Source: Fimbriosthenelais zetlandica | Taxonomy: Eukaryota | Direction of reading: 5' to 3' | Assembly (NCBI GenBank): GCA_977030845.1 | Contig: OZ365112.1 | Span: 17,112,001-17,176,000, forward strand | Length of the DNA stretch: 64,000 nucleotides | Part shown: positions 28,901-42,563 of the stretch, piece by piece | How positions within the stretch are numbered: the stretch's first letter is position 1 | Layout: each line of letters begins with the position of its first letter | Translations under genes and position numbers: made by a program | The notes under the pieces: model-generated | Databases searched by the model: none | What the model was told of the DNA's origin: nothing | Seen by the model: the letters and a program-made list of their open reading frames with translations, nothing else

Positions 28901-31900
28901 TCAGTAGAGCTTTGTCTGGTCGTCTAAGTCAATCAATGTCCGTCCAAGGCCGTGAATATAGGATTCATTAATACATTAGTTTGGATCCATGTCTGATATT
29001 CCTGATAAACATGAAACGTCTGACATCAAGGAGATCATGTTGCCAAAACCACCTTTATTGCCCCCATATAATAGTCAACTCATTTTCTTCATCCACTTCT
29101 AACTAGTTTCTCTCAGGTCTATTAACACTGCATCTTCCAGTCTTTTTCTGGGATGATGATACTGAGATATTTGCAGTTTCTATAGCTATTCTACCCCCAG
29201 GCAATGTTGATATCAATCAGAAGGTGCCGAAAGGCTTAAATGGTCTTAATGGGTCAAACATTACGTAAGACCACAGCAATGTGAATGTCCTTTTCTAGAA
29301 ATTAGTATAATGCAATATAAATGGCTTTCTAATCGCTAGGTATAAGTTAAGATGTCTTCATCAACAGATAAAAAAACTTCAATATTGTTCAAACAAAAAT
29401 AGATCTTATATAAATATTGTCGGTGGGAAATATGGCTAATTCCAGTAGATGTTCAATCTAAAACATTTGTCAAAGAATTTCATAAATTATTATTGTAAAC
29501 GCATCGTCAAACAACTGACACGAAGTTTATACGAAGGTTTCTCAGACCTTGTGCTACTTGTTATTTTTTTAACATAGGTCTCAACTATTTACAATTAAAT
29601 ATGGCGATCTCAAGTCAAACTAATAATTTGAACTGGAAAATCACTGAATATGAGGGTCCTTAGATTTGACTCCTTTGATCTAAGTGTTCATAAAGACATA
29701 AATAAGTTTTTGTCATGTCATTTATCATTCTGACATTAGTGCAGAGTGCCAACACAGCACAGTCAATGCTATTACCAGGATCTGTATAGGCTTGATAAAG
29801 TCTTGATTTCCCCGAAGGCAAACTTATTGGCAAAAACACCATTAATCATATGTCTATTCACAATATTTGGACTTATATCAGCAACTGGCCTGTGTCTAAA
29901 GCAACTATTGAATCAGACTCGATGCAATACACATATTCTTAGAAAGAAGTGTGATCATGTGAGACTCCTTTAGTGTACAGAAATGAGAGAAATAGCCTAC
30001 TCCACTTGAGGTCCACTCTGCCCCCTAGTGTAAAAACGGCGAACCTTGTCTGGTTAATTGCACTCTGTGGTATGAACAGAGTAATGCTAGTAAAATTTAG
30101 CATTTTGTATTCATCTAATACAACCAAATGAACAAATACAGGGACAACATTTGAAAGAATATTTGGGGTTATTTGGCGTCAGAACCTAATTGTCTATACT
30201 GGGATATCATATCAACGTAGAACAAGTACGCATGCCTTTGGTCGTCTCAAGCAACTGTATTTCAGAGAAATGCATGGTAATATCCAAATCAATAAAATAA
30301 TTATTATATTGAAATGTATCGTGACAGAAGAACTGAGATAGTAAACGAGGCTCCTCTCTGTCGAATACCAAATGTTTAGTTCAATTTGATTATCTATCTC
30401 TCCTTTGTCTCCATGGCGCAAAACAGCAAAACCATTAGTGATAATAATTCATCAAAATCACAGTCATTCACGCTGCTAACTGTGAGCAGCCGACATTTGT
30501 TCGTCGGTCTCCACGCACACGCACGTGTGCGTTCATTTGCATTTTGCGCGGGCTCATAATAGTGGAGCGCAGGTGAGTGGGAGAGATAGCGTCGCTCAGA
30601 AGTCGTCTGCCCATTTTATGTTCGTTCATCAGCGTTCTCTTGGTTGGGGGTGGCTGCTGTTACTCGCCCCTGATGCTTGTAAATTGAGTAGGTCTCATCC
30701 CGGAGGAATGTTCTAATTACCTCAGGAAATGGTCTGTTTGTTGCCGGGTTCCAAATCAATATACAATGTACAAGCTTGGAAATGGGCGACCAAAAAGCAA
30801 GATTTATTATAGGATCCCTGGCGCAGATTGATATATAGTGAGACAGGTGGTTATTTTTTCAGATAACATGCCCAGTATATATTTAATGCCTATTGTGAAT
30901 TCTACTGGCCACTGTTTTGGATTCATGGCTTGTCTCTGTTAACGGGGCTGTTTAATTGCTTGTGCTGGACAATCTCCATGAATAAGCTTCCCCACAGTCG
31001 CCCTTCACTCGCCATGGTCCTGGAAATAATGGGACGAAATCCATTATTTCACGATGTAAAGTTATTCATGAATAACTGGCCATACAAGCTCTTTTCCCAG
31101 GATATTGACCACAATAGTCTTTCATCAAGATGCCGCAATGACTTGGATGACAATTAAGTCATTGAACTCGGAGCGATATCATCCGAAATCACCCGCGATT
31201 TTCTCAGCAAACACATGCCATTTATCTGATATGAACACCGTCAATTTTCACAGCAGTACTTGACATTAAACTCCCCTACTTACAAGCCTATATACACCTC
31301 CCAAATGTCTTTTTGTTGAAGAAAACCAATGAGGCCTTTCAACGCCCTTCGCACACAAGCCTTCCCGCGTCTTTTTGTTTGGTAATGGCTTCAGAATTTG
31401 ATGAGCATCTGAAAACGGAGGTTGTGAGGAGGCGGTGGGGAGACAATAGGGAATGGGAGATGAGTGTCTCGGGCGGCTGTGGATCAAAGTTAGAATGTAG
31501 AGGATGGGCGGGAGAGAGGCGCAGGACGGCCGTGGTGGGCGGGAGCGGGGGCCGGTCTCTGAGCGGCGTAATGAGAGAGTGGCGGCTATGTTCCTTCATA
31601 CAAGGACGCGACGCGCTCAAGACGCGCTCTAAGCTAATAGTATCAGTAATTGATTCCTGAATGATTCCGACCTTTTGATTTTCCTGCTGCGTAACTTATG
31701 TGATTCACCGTAGATAATACAATGCGGGAAGTTACCTACCTAGAGGGAGTTTAAAAAAAAGTTATATCATTTAATTTCAGTTTAAATGTAGCCTAGTTTA
31801 TTCAAATTTATTCATCTGAAATAGGAATTATCATTATCAATGCGATCTTTTGGGGTGTTTTTTAACATTTCGAAAAACTGTCAATTCGGAGTTATTATTT

Positions 31901-34900
31901 CGGGTAGGAATCTCAAAGAAGAAAGCTTTTGTTTATCTAAGATATGTAAACCTAAGAGTTCAATGAGGGTAGGCTATATACCGGTAGGCTAAAAGGATAC
32001 AGCACCAACTTCCAAAGAAACCATAATCCACCGCCCTTTGCAATTAAACAAAATGTCAATCTAAATTCAGGGGAACTTTTAACACTTTCCTTCGTCACAA
32101 ACACATCACCTTTGTTGGCGCGAACCTTAAAATTAGTGGCGACCGCATAATTAAGGCTAATATCTTGACTGAAAAAGAGTGACCAAAGGTACCGACTGAC
32201 TCCTGGGCAGTGAGAGTGGTCCCCTATATGTAAATTAGTACGGGTATAGAGATCTGGGCGTCCATCTCACCCCAGTCCGTTATGGACACCTCGAGGTAAA
32301 TAATGGTGTCATTACCCACCGTGATCTACCTGGATTTACTTCTATTTTAACCGGGCTTTGATCTTGAGAAAGTCTCCGAGCTAAATCTTAAGATCTTTTA
32401 ATGAAATTAAAGGCCACCAAGACGTTTACTGCTATTTCTGTGCCGACAGGCGGAGACTGGGAGAGATAAGGGCGGAAATCAATATGGACCTTAAGAGATT
32501 GGGCGTGTATGTACTAAAAGCTTCCTCTCTGATTTGTTCCTAAGTAAATTTAGTAATAACATTTTCCCTAAAATATGCAGGGCCTATAAATGAATATATC
32601 AGGATATTTTATTCTTCGTATTATGGTATGCACATGTAGAGAAACCTATACATTATGGTATTACCTCTAGGAAAGAGGGATTGAGCATGACTATCTGGCA
32701 GATTGTCTGTGTGTCTGGGATATTAATGTCAATAAATAGGATGAGTTTGACATGGTAGGGACAGCTTTATCATGCCACACATGGATTGTAAGATGAGAAA
32801 CATGTAGACTTACAAACATCCACTCCCGTCCTCTACCAATGTCCCCACCAGGCACCACAGACGTATACTGACGACATATATGTAAGGATATGCTTTCAGA
32901 AAGTAGATCTTTAAAAAAATTAAAAGATCTATTTTGTCCATATGAGATGAACAACCACTGTTAATATGCATGTCAACAATAAAAATGATATGCATAAAAA
33001 ATGAATAGTTGAATGGGTAAAATTTAATATTATTTCTTGCCTTGAAATGTCTTTGACATTAACACAGATTTGAATCAATTTACCATTTAGGCCTACGATG
33101 GCATTTTTTCCCTAAAGATGATAAATAGTTGTTGAGATATATACAGAAAATTTATGCCCCGATGAAGATGCCGTGGGAGCTCTAAGACCCTTGACTGTTG
33201 ACAGATATGGACATGTAAATCCCATGTCCCTTACAGTAAATAACATGCATCTACATGCATCTTAGACATGGCGTCCAGACGCTAGAGAGGATCAGGTACT
33301 GTTGTCTCTCATCCCAGGGACATCCAGGTAAGATGAGAAGGCAGACAAGGGGGAAATGAGTCAGTGAAGACCAAGTTATGAATAAAGTAAAGAAGACAGC
33401 TTTATTCCCATCTCAGCTGGGTCATGCTTCTCTTACAGGACGGTATGTTATTGCCTTTTTATGTCTCATCATTGCTTGTATTCAGTCGCAGAATATCTGT
33501 GGGAGTTAATTTTATATGTACGACGTGTATGTACATGTGTCTAATTTTACAAGAAACATTGTTTCATTTTGTTGGTAGGGATTATGGGAGGATTTAAAGA
33601 ACTGGCATTCAACTCGTATGTTTTCTCAGCCTCAGCTCTTCTGCATATATGCATGTTGAACACTGAGGATTCTCCGCGTCGACCTGACAAGACATGGATT
33701 ACATTTTTTAAAACCTCTTTGATGGATGAAAGAGAAGAGATACAGTATCTCTTTTGCCAGGTTTTAACAAAATTTGAAAATGAAAGGTCATGCGAAGGGG
33801 CCATGTGCCAGCAACGTTAGGCATATGGTGGCGTTTGCCATTTTGACTTGCCAGTTGACCGTCGACTAGCACACAGCACCTGCTTTGGTCATGTACTCTT
33901 TTATTTTTGCTGGCCATACTACATGTGTCGGCCTGTTTATATATGCATATAAAGGCATCCTGTCACGAGAACGGGCGAAACATGTCAATTACAGCGTGTG
34001 TGTTGTGTCCTTTGGACTTCCCGGGCTAAAGCAGACGACTTTTGTGGACGCGGCGCGCAGAGGACATTTAGAAAGGGCGCTAATGACAGGGCATGGCCGG
34101 CCAAAAGAACACATCAAACCAGACCAGCACATGCTTATAAATCGACAATGAGCTCACCCTCAGACTTGGACAGGAAGTTCGCGTGAGCATGTGAAGAAAT
34201 TTGGTTGGGAGGAAAGTGAAGGGAGAGAGAAGGAGGCAGACATAATGACAAATGTGAGGTTTGGGCGAACTGAGGGTAAAATCTAAGGCTGAAATTCAGG
34301 CCATCCATCAAGGCGGCGGCATGCATATGCCACTCGCAATTACAACCATGTCAGCTGGTATTCTGAATACAAAATATGAAGAAAAAAGAACTAAAGCAAA
34401 TTGTTGCCAATAGTGATTTTAACCAGAATGACCCTTCCACACATATTGGAATCACGCTTCTAAAACACTGAATAAAATGTGGCAAAAAGAAAGATTTCCA
34501 TCTGGCCCATATCTTCACGTGTGTTTAAATGATGTATTGCAAGCCGTATAGAGAGTCTGGGACACTTCCTGCATGCTGTTTCCCTATATAGCTTTCATCT
34601 TTCTGGGTCAATGCCTATAGTAATTTATCTGAATACATGAACATGAAATTCTAGAAATTGTATTCAACAGATTTTGAAAATGTTCGTCACCATTCTCAAA
34701 GCGATTAGGCCTTTTAACAAAATGGCCCTCCGACTTTTAATGGGCCCTAATTGCAAGCAGTTTATTTCGTGACCAAAAATATCTAATTTTAACATAGCCA
34801 TCCTCTTGTTTGCAAAACACCATGGGAAGAGAAATTTTGAAATGTGGTCAGACAAATCCTCATATACTATATATACTGACACGAAAAAAATACATCAATC

Positions 34901-37900
34901 ATCAAAAATCCACTTAGATCTTATAAAAAATATAACAATTATAGAATAGAAGAAAGCCCCCTTTCCACAAGTAGTTATTTAAATGTAATATGTATTGCTA
35001 ACAATAGAAGTTTTTTTCTTAGGATCATTTAGGATGATTAATAATGGGGAATATTGACAATCAGGAAGTCACATTTATGTAACATAAAAACGTGTATGTT
35101 AACATCTGGGAACTGCCGGTCTGGGCCTCACTCGTCACTTTCCCACCACTCTATCGTGGGAAGATCGAACCACTTTTTCTTTATTAATGCCTGCCTTGAT
35201 CCTCATGATCCTTTCCCATCACCTCAGACTGGCCCCTAACCAGAAACCCCACTGAGTTTGGATCCTCCGTCACTCAACCCAACCTAAAATAGTGATCAGT
35301 GTGATCAGGGCAAATATGGGTCTCAGTTGGGATCTCCTTATAATGTGGTCTTGTCCTGAGATAAGAAGGAGAGATGGTACCAGTGTTAGAATGAAGCAGG
35401 TGAATGTGAAAGGAAGGACTTTGAGTCCAGCTGGGAGCAAGGTCTTGAGGCTAATTGTTGTACGCGACAGCGATCATTTAGCAAGAGTAAGCGATGTCAG
35501 GATTTCGCCCTGGGCTCTGGTGAGGTACTGGTGGCAAAGAGAGTAAAGGCCCCCCGGGAAAAACTCAGATTGTTCTCACCTAGGGGGGCGTGGTAAAGTC
35601 ACATTTACCCATCGTGAGTGAGGCGCCATTTCTAATGAGAACACGTCGAGTCTCTTTGTTCATCGACAGGTGCGAGTTGGATTTGAATTGAAAAATTAAA
35701 TGTTATTTACATTCAAGCCATATGGTTTTGCAAAGCAACATCATAGATCAGAGTGCTTGAAAAACCCTGACCTTTGACCAGTTTCTACTTAGTGTCATTC
35801 AGGGAGGCTTTTGTTACATTAACTTATGGTGGTTGTAGGATGCTTGCGAGCACTTAGTCCATACACGGGCATGGGAAATGTTGAGGGCCATGAGGCATCT
35901 TTTCTCTATGGAAGGCCTTAGGGTCTGGCAATGTTGGGAGGATTACATTATAGAAAGAATAGATCAAAAGAGGCGGTCATCCACCCGCCTGCTGAAATGG
36001 GAAGGCGCTGAAATCAATTAAGGCAACAAGGCAGATGTATTCATAAAAAGCCTGTTTGATAAACTCCAATGACAACGAAATAGAGCCAGTGTATGGGCAA
36101 AATAAATACCAATCAACGACCAATGGACCTTGGTGACCTTGGAAACATTAGCCCAAAGCTAACGATATATACCCCATCTCCTGCTGGCAAGGATACTCAT
36201 GAAAATGAGACAAAAGTACATCGGTTCATCCGCTCTGATATACAATGCAAGACAGGACAAGACTGATTTGATAAACATTTATCAGTAAATAACTGCCCAC
36301 ATTTATCAATTATCACACCCTGAGATCTCTGCAAGGATCATCTTTGCTGTCCTGAGTGCATCTCTAATTCAATTTGGATCCGAGTCATGCAGTAGGTGGT
36401 GCATTGGTGTAAATCAATTCGGTCAGATGTGGACAGAGATTCTGGTAAAAGGTCCACAATAAAAGGTCACCTGCTTCTGTGTGGTCGGGCTGGGGGCTAA
36501 TCTTATATGTGGATATGCATTAATCCCACCCCAAGTCGAAGGCATGAATTATGTATTAAGTCAAGATGCCTTGCGGCCATACAAAATGGTCACAAGAAAA
36601 TTCATCAAAGGAGCAGATGGCTTGGACTTAGCGCTTCCTTCAATTTTCTCTTCTTGATGGAAAATGGAAAATCACAAAGAACAACTCTTTCTGATAAATT
36701 ACCTCTCCGATGGGAAAAGTTTTAAAAAGGGTGGGCAAATCACCACTAAATGGCAGAAGGGGTCTTTTTCTCTGTCTACATAATAGCTTTTAATGACTCG
36801 TTACTGATGCATTGCTTTTATCGGTGAAGTCAGTGCTTTGTGAATTATTAAGTGGGATTGTATACATTCTCAGAAATATTAAGTGCTTTCTGCTTTAGAA
36901 CATGGTGAGGCATGGCAGATTTATATCCCGGAGTTCATCATCTGCCCGCAATTAATTACATCTATTTAACTCGGTTGAATTTGTATTATCTAACTAATCA
37001 AATTTAACCAAATATAACTTAAATATTGTGACGGTTATTTTACTTGGCAAAAAAAGGCTAAAATTCATATGGGAAAATTATCACGTGAGAGGAAAAGGGA
37101 AGAGGACCTGTTATTTCGCAATGGACGATTCACTAACGCAATGTAGTTCTTCGAATCAGTGATATGGATAAATATTTTACCCATAGATACTTCTTAAACC
37201 TTCACGATCAATATAAGAAAAATTATAGGAGTGATATTGATAGCTATTATAAGTTCAAATGTTTGGGCAACTGATTAAGACCATGGAAATGGGACACCCT
37301 GTGATTATGTCATTTCCTATAGATATTAGTGACGAAAAATACACTACAATCATCAAATTAGTGTCATATCGAATATCCGACGCTGACAGGAGTGTGAGGA
37401 ATTCAGGGGCAGCCGTATAGTACATAATATGATAAAATGTAGCAATATTGGAACACATCTGCAGCAATCCTGGTGGTCCCAGGCGGTTCCCTCAGATCTC
37501 CAACCACAACAAAAGTGGGAGAGATCAGATTTCCATGTCAGATGGCAAGAGAAATCTAAAAACTGAGACTGCTAAACCTCCTGTGGCTTTCCTTGACAGC
37601 TTGCCTACGTCCCCATCAAGCCATTGCAAGCTCGTCTCAAGCTTGGCCTTCCAAACAGACAGGTTTCCATAGGAATCAAGTCTCTTGTGTTCGTTATCAA
37701 TATCGATTAACTTTGTGTAGTCTTGACATATGGTAGTTGGTGTAAGTTTCTCATCCTTTAAAGGGAGAGAGGAATGAGTTTAAAAGATTGTATTGTTGTT
37801 TATGTTTATTGTTGCATTGACACTGCTTTAATCGCCCTCAGGGCAAAGTCACTCATCCACCCGGGGGATCATTGTGGCTTATGTCTATAAGATGGCCATC

Positions 37901-38289
37901 TATTTGCACTTTTTAAACATAATGTATAGATCCTCATCAATTACACCAATTATATGACATGCAGTTCACTGGTGTTGCCTTCATCGACTGACAGTCAGTT
38001 AAACATTGATCTGAATGTGAATAAACTGTGCACAGTACCTAGCAATTAAGAATACATGTATATAGGGAGTAAAAACATGAATTACTCGGCCTAGGGATGA
38101 CTGGTATTAAAATATTAAAATTATCTAAACCAAATCAATTAATACTACCTGCCATTAAAAACTCATTTGCAATTTTTTTATGTGCACCTTGAACATTAAC
38201 ATTTCCCCTGCTCCAATCTGCATGCATGTGATCTCATGATAGCCCATCTTTATAGACATGTGTGTCTCTCACCTCGCATGGTAATTTAG

Positions 38290-38470
38290 CTGTCTCCATT
38301 TTCTAGCAAAAATGTATCATGTATCAAATTAGCTATAGAAGCGAAGACTCCGGTCCTGAATTGCAAGGTGCAATCTATATCAGAGGGTTTATAAATATAT
38401 CGCCGAGTGAATAGACTGGGATAAAACATCCAGTGAGACCTCACACAACCTTGCCGTCTCCCATTACCAG
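38290..38470 (-). mobile_element. Decayed non-LTR retrotransposon reverse transcriptase fragment
   Basis: NGRRQGCVRS...PSLF...YI...NLIHDTFLL resembles the LINE RT motifs GVRQGCxLSPxLF and the following YADD region. Confidence 0.45.
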
Positions 38471-39461
38471 AGCCCACCGATCAAGATGTATTATCATGTT
38501 AAGAGACATTAGACTAAATCTCTGGGTATCAGATGCCTCTAGGTAATGGGGAAATACACAGCCTTTGTCTGTGAAGAGGTGAGTGGTGGGTTGAGCTTAT
38601 GAGCTGTACCTCAGGTACCATTCTCATACCATGGAAAAACGCCCACGTGTCTGGCTATATACCTTTCTGATTGTAATAGCGATCAATCAAAGAACAACTG
38701 ACAGGTGTGTCACAGGTGTGAATGATCAATCACCTTCAATATGTAACTGATCCATCTCTGACTGATCCATCTATAGGTGCTATAAAGCCCATGTAGTATG
38801 GCTGATTGGGTGTAGTGGGATGATATGAAATTTATTTTAAATAACGTGTGTCACACAATTATTTCCAGGACTCTTCCATGAAAGCCTGATTGAATGTGAC
38901 GTATCACCCAGGTCTATATTTATATTTATTTTAGTTTAATTTGATAGGACTTAATCGGACTAACTTAAGGGAGACCATAATTATAGCCCTACTTTATATG
39001 CATTGACATTTCAAGGTAATTGTTTTTACTAGGTTTCTCTATAGAGATATATACAGATTTTATGGCCCAGTCCAAATGACATAGAACGACCCCAACGTTC
39101 CTTCTCCTCGGTTTATATAAACATCAATGTCAGGCCCATGGTAAAATGGCTTTTGATTTCTTGGGTTAATAAGATAGTGAGTTATTTGACTTCCTCCTCA
39201 CGTTACACTAATTGCAGAGTACTTCTCAATCATTGCATGTAGAAGTCCAAAAGCCAGAAAAGCCATGATTTCCTGTAGTCTTATAGGCTATTGAAGTATT
39301 TTGTGCAAGTCTGGTCATTTCATACCAGATGATGCTTTGCTTCATTTTTGGGTAGGCACCGCAATATTTTAGCATTGTTGCCATTTGGAAATCATCATTT
39401 GTGTTTAATTTACACTTGACCTACCCGTTTAATATAAATGAAAGATAAAATATTAATATTT

Positions 39462-39674
39462 CCCATGTGGCACAAGACGTTTTGTGGACGTTTCGATTTG
39501 ATAGGTAGGTCGTACTATATTTGGGACGTCCCAGGTAGTCCCTGCGACGTCTCTAGTACGTCTTAGAGATGTTGGCCACCCGGGTTGGGAAAAGATGACC
39601 AGAATAAGACTCAAGATGTCTCAGTAGACTACAACGTGCACATGACGCCGTGAGGACGTTTTGTGCCTGGTGGG
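39462..39674. mobile_element. Short non-autonomous DNA transposon (MITE-like), unclassified
   Basis: Imperfect terminal inverted repeats: left CCCAtgtgGCACAAgACGT, right (reverse complement) CCCAccagGCACAAaACGT. The interior is rich in GACGT motifs. No clear target-site duplication. Confidence 0.6.
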
Positions 39675-42400
39675 TGGATTGAAATTGTAAATTCGAACCA
39701 TAGAGGGACATACCCAAAACCACAGAGCCTGCCAAGGATGTGGAGCTTAAATGGTAGCTAATCTGCTTGTCTTATGTTCCCTCATTCATGATTCAAAGTA
39801 TACAACATAAACAGAAGCAACAACGTGATGGGGATATGGGATGTTTCAACAAATAGAATGCCCCAGTCAATGTCTCCGATTTCTGATTTATTCTTACTTC
39901 TTAAATCATGTATAAATCTTGTCATTGCCAGATCAGCAAACTAGAAACATGACACTCGACTTTGCTCAAACTAAGAACGATCGGTGGGAGTTTGGAGTGT
40001 ACGTGAGTTCACTGCTGTATATTAGGAGGTCTGAGAGACTATACGTTCATTTTAGCTTTAAGGTGTGGGGATGAATTTGTATAAATCATCTGCTTATGTG
40101 CAGGGTAAAAAAAATGTGTGTACGCCTACAAATAAGCGAATGAAGTTATAAACGGAGAATTTTCATTCCACTTGTATCCAAACACCGAAAAAAACACTCT
40201 ATTTTTACTATAGAAATGAACAGAAGATTAGATACATGTCTATGTATAGTGCACCTCATTATTATTTCTTGCACCTCTTGCAATTCTTAATTATGATCTA
40301 ATTTCCACCAGATTTCAGATCGTACTTTTTCGATGTGAAATGTTTGGAGAGAAGTTTTCAGCTTCATTATGGAGGATAGGGCCTACTTTATACCGTATTC
40401 CTTCTCCTCCAGGTCCACCATCCTACAATGACAAATCACCATCAATAAGCAGTTGCTGTGGTAGCAGGGAAACAGTATCATTTCCTTGGCTGCACTCCTC
40501 AGTGACGGACTTAGCAGCGCACAGACCGTTGATTTTCAGCCAATCAAATGTGACACAATCATTTGCTGCAGAGCGCGTTTGATCCTGAGCTATGGGCGTT
40601 GGCCTGTCAGTGGGCCTTCGCTAATCCCGTACTAGATCATAATTAATGGCGGATAATCGCCAGCTCATCTAATTTGTCACCCCTTCTGGCCATAATGACT
40701 TGTAATGGATGGAAGGATCCAGGCCCTGTTATCGGCCAATTCGGAGGAGCTTGGCGGAAGCAGCTCGACCAACTGCTAATAATGTTATCTGCTCGGACCA
40801 AATGTGAGGCGTGCTTTGGATTGGTAAACGAGGAACTTGGTGATGGGGGAAGTCGCGGTGACAGTGAGCAAATTCTGATCAGGGTTGTGAGTGGCTCATG
40901 AAGGAAGAAGAACCAAGGAAAAGAATTTCACACAGCATAAAAAACCCGATGACAAAATGTATTTTTCAAGTTATGCGTCATCACACATAACTCCTTTGAT
41001 AAGGTATGTAGATGCGTTACACCCAACACAATAATCATGGTGGTCAAATTCTTTCTCCAGAATGTAATGGCAGGCCTACTACATAAATCCCATCTTAATT
41101 TGAAACCAATGAGCTGAACGCCAATTTTCCAGCTCAGTCTTGGCTATAGAGCTTGTGAATAATCCTCTATGATCATGAATTAAATAGAACAGACCCCTCC
41201 CCTTTCACCGAGTCCTCGATTTAGTCTTAACCATCATGAGTGATCGGCCCACACCTCATTGAAGATCGTCTACACTGCTTAGAGGAATGTAATTAGCCAA
41301 TAGCAGACGCGCAAAACGCTTATGTGGCATTAGAACTAACAAATGGGTTGGCAAGAAATCAATCACATGACTTCCGGCAGAAAACGAGCATCTCCTTCTT
41401 GCTCTGAAGGTGGCGCCACTAGAACTCATTTCCGGCACTTCCACACTGAATGAAAACATGATTGGTGAGTACTGACGCTTAACTTGCAAACAGTATAAAC
41501 CTGTAATGGGAAGCTAGATGCCAGTCCAGTACTTCACGAGAATTCCCACATCTCCAAGCCAAAGTATTAGCATTAAAGTTGAATTTTGGTCTTCAAAAAT
41601 AGGCTGTGACTCAACCAGTAACATAAAATTGTTTCCGATACTTTGTAATTTTCTATCTTGTGATTTAAGATTCAATAGACATGAAGAGGCTAATCTTTTT
41701 TCCAACGTCTCCAGAGACATTCATAAAGATTATTCCTTTGTAGTCAAATTTAAATTACAGTAACTTGAGAGGAATTGACTAAAGTAGTGGCATAATCCTG
41801 GGGCGATTGCATAATCGTGTGATTATGAGATCCCACGGCACTGAATCAATTTATAAGTGCTCTAATGCATTTTTTCAGTCTGAGGGAAGACGCTAATAGA
41901 TGGCATTCATGTTTATAGTTCTCTAATCCCAGAGAAGGTTGGGCTTAACTGCAGTCAGGCAGGAAGTATAGTACGGACAGCTCATCATGATGATGTAAAG
42001 GATGGGATAATAAACCAAGGCCTACTCTTCACACATTCAGGTCTCACTTACTATTATTGTCAGCCTGGGCCAAGTCTGTGAAAGATTAACCAAAGAAATG
42101 GCTGCAGATGTAGACAATCCGAGTTAAGCCCACAGAGCCAATCAGAAAGGCATTGGCTGAGCCTATTTTAGCGGAAATGGCCATTTTCTGGCACCAATCC
42201 GTGTTGAATGATAGGTTTCTGTCAAAAAGATTGAGATGAATCCAAACCAAATCCCATGCACTGTACGTGATCTTCATGGCAAAATGTCAGTCCAAAGCGA
42301 CGTTTTCTGTAATCAGTATGTGCAACGGAAAACTCGTCTAGAGCATAAATAGACAAGCCACGAATTAACCGGAATCGGGATAAAATTTTTTAGAAAACTC

Positions 42401-42563
42401 CAGCCAGCAATGAGCAATTCTAGCCAGCAATCAGCAATTCAGCCAGCATTCAGAAATTCAGCCAGCAATCAATCAACACTTCAGTCAGCAATTGCAGTCA
42501 GCAATTGCAGCCAACAATCAGCAATTCCAGTCAGCAATCATGAGTTCAGCCATCATTCAGCAA
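42401..42563. repeat. Degenerate minisatellite, unit about 13-20 nt (consensus CAGCCAGCAATCAGCAATT)
   Basis: About nine imperfect tandem copies are visible directly. Confidence 0.8.
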
